DNA of 64,000 nt. Origin: Heptranchias perlo (lineage: Eukaryota). The stretch spans positions 51,646,001 to 51,710,000 of the forward strand of contig NC_090325.1 of the NCBI RefSeq assembly GCF_035084215.1, in the 5' to 3' direction. The translations under genes and the position numbers were made by a program. Below are positions 13,283-26,610 of this stretch, one piece after another; position 1 is the stretch's first letter, and each line of letters starts with the position of its first letter. The notes beneath the pieces were generated by a model that was given only the letters and a program-made list of their open reading frames with translations, was not told where the DNA came from and searched no databases.

Positions 13283-13705
13283 GTACAAAGGGGATGCACA
13301 AGGGTGTTTGACGGTTGGTCATGTATTTTATTTATATTTGCTTTTTGTTAAATGCACATTAAATATTATTCCTGTCACCACTACTGCCACGTCTTGGCCG
13401 TTCTTAATGGCTTCTGTAATAAGGCCCTTTCATGAGGTTCACCATGAATGCCCACACTTGATGCCACCCATTGGGTCCCTCTACAGTGGGTCTATGTGTA
13501 GTTGCAGGACTGTTTTGTGCAGGGCGGGGGCTGGTTTGGCCGCTGCTCTATCCAGGTGGTCTGAGGACTGGACTCTTCACATTGTCTGATGTTAGGAGAA
13601 CTGTTCACATATCAGTGACTCCCTGGCCTTACGAGTAGCCAGGTGAGCCGCTGTTCTGCCCGTGGGTTGCTCCTCCTCAATGTGGGTGGCAGATGTGGAT
13701 GGGGC

Positions 13706-14720
13706 CTAATCGAGCGGCACCCCTCTCTGTTGTGCCCTGTTGTGCAGGGAATGATCAAGGCACCTGAAGCGCATCTTGAGCAGCCCTATAACATGCTCAA
13801 TTGTAGACCTGGTAGCGATGTGGCTGCCGTTATATCGAAGCTGTTGCTCGGTGGTGGGGTTCCTCAGAGGCGTCATGAGCCACGTGTGCAGGGGGTATCC
13901 CTTGTCCCCGAGGAGCCAACCCTTGTGGGTGTTGGGTGTGTGGAAGAGGGGCGGGATGTTGGACTCCCGGAGGGTGAAGGAATCGTGGCAGCTGCCAGGG
14001 TATCTGGCGCACACGTGAAGGAATCTTTTGCGGTGGTCACAAATGAGCTGAGTGTTGATGGAGTGATAGCCCTTCCTGTTAATGAATAGTCCTGGCTCGT
14101 GTGGAGGTGCTCGTATTACTATATGGGTACAATCAATTACACCCTGCACCCGTGGGAAGCCAATGTGGAATCCCACTGCCCTCTCCGTCTGGCTGAGGTC
14201 GTCCATGGGGAAGTTGACATAGTGCGAGGCCCTGCGAAACAAGCCGTTGGTGAGCTACCTTATGCACTTGTGTGCAGACGGCTGAGAGACCCCGACGATG
14301 TCCCCGGTGGCACCCTGGAATGATCCGGAGGCGAAGAAGTTGAGAGCAGTGATGACTTTGACAGCAACAGATAAGGAGATGCTGCTCGGCCTAGCCGGGA
14401 GCAGCTCGGCATAAAGGAGGCTGCAGATGTCTGCGACTACCTGGCGACTGACTCTGAGCCTCCATATGCACTGCTCCTCAGAGAGGTCCAGGGAGCTGAG
14501 CCTTGGTCTGTAGACCCTGTTGTGAGGGTAGTGCCTCCTGCGACGCCGCTGTCTCTGTTGTTGCCCTCTGTGCTCTTGTGCAGGTGCCTGTGGCACAGCA
14601 CTGTGTTGTGGAGCTCCACGTGGCAGAGGTGGACGGCGTGCCTGGCGAGGCTGGTGATGTTGCTCGTCCTTGGATGAAGTGGTGAATGCAGCCATAGCGC
14701 CCCCGCCCCCCACCCCCCAT
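13706..14720 (-). pseudogene. Harbinger (HARBI1-like) DDE transposase, disrupted
   Basis: GVIDCTH, NRKGYHS, YPGSCHDS, LLGDKGY and RSTIEHVIGLLKMRFRCL motifs; in-frame TAG at 14255-57; C-terminal deletion after RCLDHS. Confidence 0.9.
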
Positions 14721-16896
14721 CCTGAAGAAGAGAGTTTGAGGGGGTCTGCAAAGTAGATAAATATGTTTGCACAGCAGAGCTTTGGGTGGAAAGTAAGAAT
14801 TTTGAGTAAAAACACAAAGGTCTTGCAGCCAAAACTTTGTCTGAAGTGACAGAGTGCCCTGCTGCAATAAATAACGTTTTCTCCCCACCTGTCAAATAAG
14901 CATTTGCATCTCTCACTGGCTGCTGGCTGAAACACGTCTGTTGCAACAGGGAATGTTTCCCACAACGCACCCCTTCCAAAATGCCTAGTGAATCAAATAT
15001 TTCAAGTACCTCAACTATCGGAGAAACTATGCAAATTATCATCCCACTGGCTTTAATTGCTGGTGGGACTCCCACATTCGGGAGACGCAAGCGCACCTGG
15101 ACGAGTCACTGGGGAACCCGGAAGTCAGCGGGTTGGAGCTGGGCTCCGAACCCACTCGGCATTTTAGTGATTTTTGGAGCCCACCTGCCACGCACCCGCT
15201 CTGTCATCCGAAAATTGGCCCCCTGATGTCTAAACTTAATTTTTCCAGTCCATTACACCCATTATCTATTACTTCTAATAAACCAATTAAGGAATAATGT
15301 AATTAGAACTCTGACTTTGTTATTTTATGCAGGTGCATCTATGGTTTGTTCCTTCTGGCAATGGAATGCTTAAGCATGGATATAATATTGGTTGTAGTGT
15401 AGTGATATTTGCAAAAAGCTGTAGCAGAAACAGCAGGTATAAGAATTTTGTTGAGTCTTTAAAATTGTTGCAGAGCCTGTCTGTGAAGGTGAGTGGACAC
15501 TGAATGTATCAACTGGTCTTGCAGCCACTTTGTGGCCTGGATTAGAGGCGAATACTGGGATCAGGTGCGGAGGGGTTGTGTGGGAGTTGGTCTAATGTAC
15601 AAGTGAGAGAAACTGCACTGTTGGCAGAGGCTGGGAAGAAGTAGTGGGACTGGGGTTGGCTACTCATGGATAGACGAGAAGAGGCAAGGGAAGTTGTGGA
15701 TAGAGACCAAAGTTTGGGAAGGGATGTCTAGTCTGGTTAACGTTCTGGGGAGTGGTCGCCCAGGCAACTGACTAGATAGCTTGATAGTTCGACTACGTTT
15801 ACCCTGCCGGAATTGAACTACTGATCAAGAGCACTGTATCTTGGAGTATAAAGTTTATTGCACACATACTGTACTAGGGCGCCATCACTGCCACCTCTCC
15901 AGTCTTGGTTTCTCTGGCACGCTTTTCATCCAGAAACCACAGTCAACATTGTGATTCTCAAATATTGTATCATTGTTAGCGAACAATTTAATCCCCAAAA
16001 GTTGGAAGGAGAGTGGGCTGGGAGAAGCTCCTGTGTTTAAACTATCTGAATTATTTGATTATTTTTTTAAATCTAAATTTTAATTGTCCAAAGACAACAG
16101 TACAACAAACAGTTTAAACTGGGCTGCACTTTTTTATTGACTTTTTGTTTGACTGTGTTATATCATCGGCCATCTCAGTTACACAGGCATCAAATTACTT
16201 TATTTCATCCTTCAGCCCATTCGCTGCATTCCTTTCTAACAGAAAAAAGTATTAGTGCCTCTCCAAAGAATGCAGTTAAGCAGAATACATGTACCTCTTT
16301 CCCCTCGTGTAGACTCGGCTCCACCCTTATTCTTTGTGGAATGCGCTTATTTCTGTTTATGTTCGCTCACTTATTAAAAGAAGGTGAAGTTGCAGCATTG
16401 GTTGTTATGTTGGCCATGATTTAAACCTAGTTTCATTGTGTACATCTGACAGTTCTCGGGTTTTTCATTGATCTAAACATGGTGCTTGGCTCTTTGGGAG
16501 ATTTTAGTTCTGTTGATTTCAGTTTAGTGTTGAATTTACCACTGTCCACCCAAGCACCTATCATATACCTACAAGAAGATGAGAAGAAGAAACAAAACGG
16601 AAATAGAAAGGCACTGAAAAGATCAAAAAGCAGCTTATTGGGATCTATTAGACACCTGAATTTAAGCGGTTGCTGAGAAAGGGATAGGCGATTTAGGGTG
16701 GGGGTTGAGGACATGGTTGAAAAGAAGAGTTTTGAAAGCCGAGAGGGTGGCGGCCAAGCAGAAAGGTCCAGTGAGGGAATTGGAAGACAAAGTCTAGCCA
16801 TTGACAAAGTGGGCATGCACTGGTGGAGTGCAGATAGCAAAGCGCAAGGAGTAATCAGATGTCAGAGGCGTGTGGGTATGTAAGACTGGAGAAGAT

Positions 16897-19068
16897 TAGA
16901 ATCATAGAAAGGTTACAGCATGGAAGGAGGCCATTAGGCCCATCAAGTCCATGCCGGCTCTATGCAAGAGCAATCCAGCTAGTCCCACTTCCTCGCCCTA
17001 TCCACGTAGCCCTGCAAATTTTTTCCTTTCAAGTACTTATCCATTTCTCTTTTGAAAGCCACGATTGAATCTGCTTCCACCACCCTCCCTGGCAGTGCAT
17101 TCCAGATCTTAACCACTCGCTGCATAAAAAAAGTTTTTTCTCATGTTACCTTTTGGTTCTCATAGAAATCTATGTCCTCTGGTTCTTGACCCTTCTGCCA
17201 ATGGGAACAGTTTCTCACCATATATTCTGTCCAGACCCTTCATGATTTTAAATACCTCCATCAAATCTCCTCTCCATCTTCTCTGTTTCAAGGAGAACAA
17301 CCCCAGCTTCTCCAGTCTATCCGCGTAACTGAAGTGTTTCATCCCTGGAGTCATTCCAGTAAATCTTTTCTGCACCCTCTCTAAGGCCTTCACATCTTGC
17401 CTGATGCGGTGCCCAGAGCTGGACACAATACTCCAGTTGTGGTTGAACCAGTGTTTTATGAAGGTTCATTATGACTTTCTTGTTTTTGTACTCTATGCCT
17501 CCTATATATAAAGCCCAGGATCCTGTATGCTTTTTTAACTGCTTTCTCAACCTGCCCTGCCACCTTCAATGATTTGTGCACGTATACCTCCAGATCTCTC
17601 TGTCCTGTGCCCCTTATGGAATTGTGCCCTCTAGTTTATTTTGCCTCTCCTTGTTCCTACCAAAATGTATCACTTTGCATTTTTCTGCATTAAATTTCAT
17701 CTGCAAAGTGTCTGCCCAATTCACCAGCCTGTCTCCTCTTGAAGTCTATCACTATCCTCTTCACTGTTGAATACACTCCCAAGTTTTGTCATCTGCAAAT
17801 TTGGACATTGTGCCCTGTATACCCAAGTCCAAGTCATTAATATATATCAAGAAAAGCAGTGGTCCTAGTACCGACCCCTGGGGAACACCACTGTACAACT
17901 CCTTCCAGTCCGAAAAACAACGGTTCACCATTACTCTCTGCTTCATGTTATTTAGGCAATTTTGTATCCATGCTGTTACTGCCCCCTTTATTCCATGGGC
18001 TTCAATCTTGATGACAAGCCTGTAATGCAACACTTTATCAAATGCCTTTTGAAAGTCCAAACACCCCACATCAACCACATTACCCTCATCAACCCTCTCT
18101 GTTACCTCATCAAAAAACTCTAGCAAGTTAGTTAAACACGACTTGCCTGTGCTGGCTTTCCCTAATCAATCCACGCTTGTCCAAGTGACTGTTAATTCTG
18201 TCCCGGATAATCGTTTCCAAAAGTTTCCCCACCACCGAGGTTAAACTGATTGGCCTGTAGTTGCTGGGTTTATCCTTGCACCCTTTTTTGAACAAGGGTG
18301 TAACATTTGCAATTCTCCAGTCCTCTGGCACCACCCTTGTATCTAAGGATGTTTGGAAGATTATGGCCAGTACCTCCGCAATTTCCACCCTTACTTCCCT
18401 TAGCAACCGAGGATGCATCCGATCGCAGGTGACTTATCTACTTTAAGTACAGCTCGCCTTTCTAGTACCTCCCCTTTATTAATTTTTAGCCCATCCAGTA
18501 TCTCAACTACATCTTCCTTTGCTGAGATTCTGGCAGCATCTTCTTCCTTGATAAAGACATATGCAAAGTACTCATTTAGTACCTCGGTCATGCCCTCTGC
18601 CTCCATGAGTAGATCTCCTTTTTCGTCCCTGATGGGCCGGGCCCCACCCCACCCTTACTACCCGTTTACTGTTTATATGCCTATGCTTTTGGGTTCCCTT
18701 TTATGTTTGCCACCAGTCTATTCTCGTACTCTCTCTTTGTCCCTCTTATTTCCTTTTTCACTTCCCCTCTGAACTTTCTATATTCAGCCTGATTCTCACT
18801 TGTGTTATCAACCTGACGTCTGTCAAACACCTTTTTTTTCCCTGCTTCATCTTACTCTATCTCTTTTGTCATCCAGGGAGCTCTGGCTTTTGTTGCCCTA
18901 CCTTTCTCCCTCGTGGGAATGTACCTAGACTGAACCTGAACTATCTCCTCTTTAAAGGCTGCCCATTGTTTAATTACAGTTTTGCCTGTCAATCTTTGAT
19001 TCCAATTTAGCCGGGCCAGATCTGTTCTCACCCACTGAAATTGGCCCTCCTCCAATTGAGTATTTTTA
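16897..19068 (-). mobile_element. CR1 LINE (family A), ~2.2 kb, 5'-truncated
   Basis: Consecutive ORF2 fragments ([32 protein letters not shown]); TAGAATCATAGAA tail. Confidence 0.92.
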
Positions 19069-19187
19069 GTGTGTAGAACTTTGTGTAAGTGAGGATACCA
19101 GACTGTGGTATAATTTTATGGCTATCGTTTGTGGAGGAAAGAAAAAGAAAGAAATAGCGCCTTGGGATTTTTTACGTCCACACCACA

Positions 19188-19265
19188 CCACTTGAGGAAG
19201 GAGGAAGCCTCCGAAAGCTTGTGGAATTTAAAATAAATTTGTTGGACTATAACTTGGTGTTGTAA
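19188..19265 (+). mobile_element. Penelope-like 3' terminus with variant hammerhead motif (UUGAGGA core)
   Basis: CCAC-TTGAGGA-A-GGAGG AAG CCTCC-GAAA-GCTT-GTGG, followed by the same TGTTGGACTATAACyTGGTGTTGT stretch found at 56016-56039. Confidence 0.65.
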
Positions 19266-20522
19266 AATTACTTATTTCTTATGTTGAAGGAGTCCTGGCC
19301 AGATTCACGTAGGTACTAGCAAAAGCCGTAGAGGGTGGCTCATTTTTGCCCATAAGGTGCTGGACGTTATGCCTATTGGAAAATGGGATGAGCAAATATT
19401 TAATTAAAAAAAAAATCTTGAGAGATGCAAATGGGGAAGGGTGAGGAAACATGACTGATGTGGTGGAATTTTCAAAATAATCTTTTCAGGGAATTTGGTG
19501 CTTTTTGTGATTGGTTGGTTGTTTATTGGTAACTTTTTTATCAGTGCTTTTAAGTGAATACATTTTTTTGAAGACTTGCTTGAGGTGTAGACAAGTCAGT
19601 AGTGTTTAGGCCCCCAGAAGCATTAGAGTTTTTGTGACCTCATGAATGATCTGAGACTGAGACCCACACTTCTTTGCATTAAAACTTTGTGCTATGCTAA
19701 GAGCTCTAATCTTTAAATACCGCTGTCATTGGTGAAACTTTTCTCGCCTCTTCATCGTTTCTCACGTGTTAGCGGGTGAATTGACTTTGTGACGCTTCCC
19801 TGTATTTCCACCGTTGGTGAGTTTCTGACATGTCTTTCTGACATGCCTGTCTGTTCTTAGTCTCAGAAAAATGTTATCTTCATTGGTGGATTTGGGTAAC
19901 TTGGATGAGCAGAAGGCAAGGGGGAATCTGGGCATGTGACTTTTGGCCATGATTCATTGATTTGTATTTTTAACTGTATCAATAGTAAAGCAGCTTAATG
20001 TTGTCCCAAACACTTCATTTAGTCGGTTTATCGCACAATATTCTAGTTAATGGATAAGCCGTTACTGAGTAAAGTAATGGTAACTAAGTATTAGGCTGGA
20101 GGAATGCCTATTGCTTTAATCAGAAACAGTCAGCTTGGGTATAGAAGGGCAAAGTTGTCTGAGGTTTTTAAAAAAAAAGTAAAACTGTCTTTGACAAGAT
20201 TCCACATGAGATACCGTTAAAATGTAAAATCCAAAGGAATCCATTTTAGAACATGGGACTGGATATGAAATTAGATTTAAAAAGCAGAAAAAGCGAATAC
20301 TTGTGAGAATTGTAGTGAGATTACAGGGAGGTGTTGAGTGGAGTACCACAGAAATGTGTGCTTGTCAATAGAAATGATCTGGATGAGAAGATAATACAAG
20401 TCACTGCACTTCAAAGGTAATCTATTGGCTGTAAAGCACTTTGGGATGTTCTAAGGCACTATATAAATGCAAGATTGTTCTTTCTTGCTAATGCATAATG
20501 GAAGAAAAAAACAAGGAACAAT

Positions 20523-21360
20523 GGGGTAGAAATTAACCTGAACCTACTTTTGCCTGTTGTGCCTCCACAGGCAGCTTGCCCTTCAGGAAGATTGAATTTT
20601 GGGCCGCTTGGTAAGTCGCGGGGGGGGGGGGGGGGTGGAAAACAGCAGGGGGAGGGGACAGTAGGAGGAGGTGGGGGAGGAGGGACACGGCAGGATGGGG
20701 GCCGATCGCGGCTGTCAGCGGCACTGTGGAGCCAAGAAGAAACCTCCTCCTCTTGGCTCCACATTAAAATTTAAAAAGTTTTTATTTACCTTTTTGGTTG
20801 TGGTCACTTGCTTCATCACTCTAACATCCATGACTTGCTCAACAGGGAGGGACAAGAAGGTGGATGGATTGTAGGGGACAAGGTGTACCACTGAGGCCGT
20901 GGTTGATTACACCCTTTCGCGACGCCGCAGCACGGGAAAGGTACAACCGTGCTCACGTGTCCTAGTGGCGGAGAGGACAATCAGGATGCTTAAATCACGC
21001 TTCAGTACCTGGACACGTTGGGGGGGTGTTTTACAGTATTCACCTAGCAAAGTGGCTAGGATTGTAATGGTCTGCTGCGCACTGCACAGTTTTGCCCTGC
21101 AGGAAGGGCTGACCCTTAACTTGGCAGACGAGATGCCAGTGGATTTGGAGGATCCCGACCCAGATGTTCCTGGACTCATGGGTGACCGTCTTTCCCCTCC
21201 CACCCCCAACGAAGGAGCAGCAGACAGAGCGGCCAGGGAGTAGCTGGTGGCTCAGGTGTTCGGACGATGATAACCACTGCGGCCCTCACCCCCCTCTGAA
21301 GTTCCACCAGCAGAATGGAGGTGGACTAGGAAGTCCTTTTGTCCCCATGGTGGCGTGAAC
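20523..21360 (+). mobile_element. Harbinger transposon fragment (second family)
   Basis: GGGGTAGAAATT TIR-like start; ORF 20899..21243 gives the transposase C-terminus ERTIRMLKSRF…GGVLQYSPSKVARIVMVCCALH. Confidence 0.7.
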
Positions 21361-21880
21361 ATAAGGAAGGTCAGGCAAGATTGAAATGTTCACAATTTAC
21401 ATTAACAATTTGGATTTGGGAATCGGAAGTACAATTTCAAAATTTGCAGACCCCTGGGGGTGTAGTTAATACAAAGGAAAAAAGCATCAAAATGGAAGAG
21501 GACATTAAGAAACTTGCAGAATGGGCGTGTAATTGGCAAATGAATTTCAATATCGATAAGTGTGAGGTGATGCATTTTGGTTGAAGAATAAGGAGGCCAC
21601 ATACTGCTTGGATAATAAGAGTCTAAACGAGATGGAGGAGCAAAGGGATCTAGGGGTACAGATACATTAATCACTAGAAGTAGCGACGCAGGCTAATAAG
21701 GCCATTAAAAAAGGCTAATCGAGCACTAGGGTTCATTTCTGGAGGGATCGAATGGAAAGCAAAGAAGTCATGTTAAACTTGTATAGAACCTTGATTAGAC
21801 CACATTTGGAGTATTGTGCACAGTCCTGGTCTCTATTATAGAAGGTGCAAAAAAATTCACAAGAATGATACCAAAACTGA
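21360..21880 (+). mobile_element. Decayed CR1 fragment
   Basis: WQMNFNIDKCEVMHFG motif and RPHLEYC-like region. Confidence 0.8.
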
Positions 21881-21889
21881 GAATTGAGG

Positions 21890-22276
21890 AGATAATCCAG
21901 GCTGACATTTCAGTGCAGTACTGAGGGAGTGCTGCACTGTCGAAGGTGCCGTCTTTCGGATGAGACATTAAATCAAGATCCCGTCTGCCCCTAAGCTGGA
22001 TGTAAACGATCCCATGGCATTATTTCGAAGAAGAGCAGGGGAGTTCTCCCCGGTATCCTGGCCAATATTTATCCCTCAACCAACATCATTAAGAACAGAT
22101 TATTAGGTCATTTATCTCATTGCTGTTTGCGGGAGCTTGCTGTGCACATATTGGCTGCTGCGTTTCTTAAATTACAACAGTGACTACACTTCAAAAAGTA
22201 CTTCATTAGCTGTAAAATGCTTTGGGACGTCTTGATGTTGTGAAACGTGCTATATAAATGCAAATTCTTTTCTTTC
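21890..22276 (+). mobile_element. DeuSINE (SacSINE1-like) body with L2-type tail
   Basis: CAGTGCAGTACTGAGGGAGTGCTGCACTG…GATGAGACATTAAA…GATCCCATGGCA…TTGCTGTTTG core; ends in GCTATATAAATGCAA. Confidence 0.8.
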
Positions 22277-23252
22277 TATATAAACCACAACTGATTTCTG
22301 CTTCAGAGAACTTTGGAGTTGAACAGTACTTGACTAAATGCAGCTTTGGAATTGAATTGTCATTTTGGACAGTCACGGGCTGTTGATCTAAAGTGGCAAA
22401 TAATGTTAAAGTCATCCATGCCCTCTTAAAACAAAAGATTTAATAAGGAAATAGAGCATCTGGTATGTGTACAGTCTTCATTTATTATGACATTGGATGC
22501 CAAAATTAGCAAAATGTTCCATTCCACTTTCCTGGCATCCCTCGCTGTGACAACCACAAAAAAAACCAACATTACAAAATGTTCTTGGTGAGTGTTTGCT
22601 TAAGAATGTATCATTTTATATGTGAAATGTGGTGTGTAGTTTTACTGTTACTGCAGCTAAGTAGATGTGTCTTTCTTGGCTGCAGTAGCTGTGCAACAGG
22701 GAATGGCAGTGCAATCACTGATGTCTATCACCAAGTGGCTTAGTGCCTATTGAAGTGGGGACTCACAACTCTTAAGGCTTTTGGCAAGTTTAAAAAAAAA
22801 TCTTGTGGTAGAATACATGATGGTCAACTCAAACTCATACATAACCTGCACAGGTTCTACCCCTCCTTATTGGATGAATGCTAGAGAGGATGTGGCCAGA
22901 GTGGCACATTTGTATAAAAAACTTTCTGGTATTTTCCCCAAATCCAACCATTTTGGGAAGTGATCTGGGGTGGCATAAAGACCATGACCAACAATGAAGT
23001 CCCTTCAAATCCACTCCCCAGTCTGCAATGCTTTCATCTTTAATGCTAGATCTGTGTGAGAAACACAGACTCACAAAACTCTCATTGTTAGAGGCAAGAA
23101 AATGCATCTTCCAACTCTTGACTTCTCTCACCATAAATGTGTGGATTAGGCACTTGTAGGACGTAGGCCAATCAGTGTGTGATGTACAGACTCTGCCTAT
23201 AAATAGGTTCCCTCTTTCCAACCCTCCAACAGAGGAAAGGGTGGGTTAATGG

Positions 23253-24850
23253 TTTTTTTCATTCGTTCATGGGATGTGGGCATCGCTGGCGAGGCCAGCA
23301 TTTATTGCCCATCCCTAATTGCCCTTGAGAAGGTGGTGGTAAGCCGTGGTCTTGAACCGCTGCAGTCCATGTGGTGAAGGTTCTCCCACAGTGCTGTTAG
23401 GAAGGGAGTTCCAGGATTTTGATCCAGCGACTATGAAGGAACAGCGATATATTTCCAAGTCGGGATGGTGTGTGACATGGAGGGGAACGTGCAGGTGGTG
23501 TTGTTCCCATGTGCCTGCTGCCCTTGTCCTTCTAGGTGGTAGAGGTCGCAGGTTTGGGAGGTACAGTCGAAGAAGCCTTGGCGTGTTGCTGCAGTGCATC
23601 CTGTGGATGGTACACACTGCAGCCACAGTGCGCCGGTGGTGAAGGGAATGAATGTTTAGGGTGGTGGATGGGGTGCCAATCAAGCAGGCTGCTTTGTCGT
23701 GGTTGATGTCGAGCTTGTTAAGTGTTGTTGCAGCTGCACTCATCCAGGCAAGTGGAGAGTATTCCATCACACTCCTGACTTGTGCGTTGGAGATGGTGGA
23801 AAGGCTTTGGGAAATCAGGAGGTGAGTCACTTGCTGCAGAATACCCAGCCTCTGACCTGCTCCTGTAGTCACAGTATTTATATGGCTGGTCCAGTTAAGT
23901 TTCTGGTCAATGGTGATCCCCAGGATGTTGATTGTGGGGGATTCGGCGATAATAATGCTGTTGTATGTCTAGGGGAGGTGGTTAGATGCTCTCTTGTGGA
24001 GATGGTCATTGACTGGCACTTGTCTGGTGCGAATGTTACTTGCCACTTATGAGCCCAATCCTGGATGTTGTCCAGGTCTTGCTGCATGTGGGCATGGACG
24101 ACTTTATTATCTGAGAATTTGCGAATGGAACTGAACACTGTGCAATCATCAGCGAACATCCCCATTCCTGACCTTATGATGGAGGGAGGGTCATTGATGA
24201 AGCAGCTGAAGATGGTTGGGCCTAGGACACTGCCCTGAGGAACTCCTGCAACAATGTCCTGGGGCTGAGATAATTGGCTTCCAACAACCACTACCATCTT
24301 CCTTTGTGCTAGGTATGACTCCAGTCACTGGAGAGTTTTCTCCCTGATTCCCATTGACTTCAATTTTACTAGGGCTCCTTGGTGCCACACTCTGTCAAAT
24401 GCTGCCTTGATGTCAAGGGCAGTCACTCTCACCTCACTCTGGAATTCAGCTCTTTTGTCCATGTTTGGACCAAGGCTGTAATGAGGTCTGGAGTCGAGTG
24501 GTCCTGGCGGAACCCAAACTGAGCATCGGTGAGCAGGTTATTGGTGAGTAAGTGCCGCTTGATAGCACGGTCAACGACACCTTCCATCACTTTGCTGATG
24601 ACTGAGGGTAGGCTAATGGGGCGGTAATTGGCTGGATTGGATTTGTCCTGCTTTTTGTGGACGGGACATACCTGGGCAATTTTCCACATTGTCGGGTAGA
24701 TGCCAGCGTGGTGGCTGTACTGGAACAGTTTGGCTAGAGGCGCAGCTAGTTCTGAAGCATAAGTCTTCAGCACCTCATCCGGGATGTTGTCAGGGCCCAT
24801 AGCCTTTGCTGTATCCAGTGCACTCAGCCGTTTCTTGATATCATGTGATA
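23253..24850 (-). mobile_element. CR1/L2-group LINE (family D), 1.6 kb
   Basis: ORFs 23315, 23878 and 24429 give RT domain pieces (NYRPISLP, QFGFR, PQGS, FADD). Confidence 0.92.
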
Positions 24851-24984
24851 TGAGCACAGACCGCCATTGGTCACCCTACTGTACAGAAAAAAGAGTGATT
24901 CATCCAAAATTGCCCCTGGAGGGATGGGATAGCTCCTGTAAGCTGGAGTTCCTTGGTTGAGTAGAGAAATTAAAATTAAAATTC

Positions 24985-26058
24985 TCTTCCCGCACCGTTA
25001 CTTCTGGAATCCCCCAAGGATCTGTTCTTGGCCCCCTCCTATTTCTTACCTACATGCTGCCCTTTGACGAAATTATCCAAAATCCGTCAGGTTCCACATG
25101 TACCCTGACGACACCCAGGTCTACCTCACCACCACCTCCCTCGACCCCTCCACTGTCTCTGATTTGTCACACTGCTTGTCCGACATCCAGTACTGGATGA
25201 GCAAAAATTTCCTCCAACTAAATATTGGGAAGACCCAAGCCATTGCCTTCGGTCCTCACCACAAACTCCATTCCCTAGCCACCGACTCCATCCCTCTCCC
25301 TGGCCACTGAGGCTGAACTAGACCATTCACAACCTTGGCGTCCTACTTGACCCTGAGATGTGCTTCTGACCGCTTATCCGCTCTATCACCAAGACCATCT
25401 ACTTCCATTTCTATAACGTCGTCCGTCTCCACCCTTGCCTCGGCTCATCTGCTGCTGAAACCCACATCCATTCCTCTGTTATCTCTAGACTTGACTATTC
25501 CAATGCGCACCTGACCGGCCTCCCATCTTCCACCCTCCATAAATTTGAACTCATCCAAACCTCTGCTGCCCGTATCCTAACTCGCAGCAAGTCTTGTTCA
25601 CCTGGTACCCCTGTGCTCTCTGACCTACATTGGCTCTGGTCCGGCAAAGCCTTAATTTTAAAATTCTCATCCTTGTTTTCAAATCCCTCCGTGGCCTCGC
25701 ACCTCTCTATCCCTGTCACCTCCTCCAGCCCTATAACCTTCCAAGACCACTGCACTCCTACAATTCTTGCCTCTTGTGCCTTCCCGATTTTAATCGCTTT
25801 AATTGGCGGCCATGCCTTCAGCTGCCTAGGCCCTAAGCTCTGGAATTCCCTCCCTAAACCTCTTTGCCTCTCTACCTCTCTTTTTTCTCTTTTTTAAGAT
25901 GCCCCTTAAATCCTACCTCTTTGACCAAGCTTTTGGTCACCTATCCTAATATCTCCTTATGTGGCTTGGTGTCAAATTTTGTTTGAGAATTGCTCCTGTG
26001 AAGTGCCGTGGGACGTTTTACTATGTTAAAGGTGCTATATACGTGCAAGTTGTCGTTA
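24985..26058 (+). mobile_element. L2 LINE 3' part
   Basis: [34 protein letters not shown] and LHWL motifs; tail GGTGCTATATACGTGCAAGTTG. Confidence 0.88.
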
Positions 26059-26610
26059 AAATGACTTTAAAAAAAAAAAGGCATATGATAAATCTGGGCT
26101 AATAATAATAAAGAAATAATTGAGTAAAAGGCAAACAGTTGGCCAAGGGTCTCAGACCAATTATAGGCACTTTCATACCGCACAACTGGCTGAATTCATC
26201 CAGGTCAGTACAGAATAGGCAATGAACCTTGGAACTTCCTGATTTGCGTGACTTACTAGCATACCATGGTACCTTTCTGGATTGTGTGAATCAGCACACT
26301 GAGCTTTTGAGGGAGTGTGTACGCCATCAGTTCTTGGGCTGAAATTATTTAATTAACAATGAACAAAGTTTGAGCTGTTCATTTAATTGTAAACTCAATC
26401 CTCAGCCTTGGAATGGGTTCAACTTTAATAAGTTTATATGTTGGTGAGAAGTTGCTGCTTTTTTGTGCATTTACTTTTTGGTCTGGGGTGGGGAAACTGA
26501 TTGTGACAGATTACCTGTTTCTGTGATGGAACAATGTCATTGTATTGTACTGTGTGACTGGACAATTGGTAATAAAGCTCTGAACTTGCTTAAAAGCTGT
26601 TAACATTTTC

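Larger units (their letters stand above)
10099..15222 (-). mobile_element. PIF/Harbinger DNA transposon, near full length and disabled; convergent transposase (-) and Myb/SANT gene (+)
   Basis: Imperfect TIRs GGCCCCGATATT…AAAATTGGCCCC with a 3-bp CTG target duplication (10096-98 and 15223-25); both Harbinger genes are recognisable inside. Confidence 0.88.

Noticed and set aside
24857-24916. AAAATTGCCCC as the partner TIR of the 20523 Harbinger fragment
   Set aside because: The flanks give no matching 3-bp duplication and the intervening sequence is unrelated.
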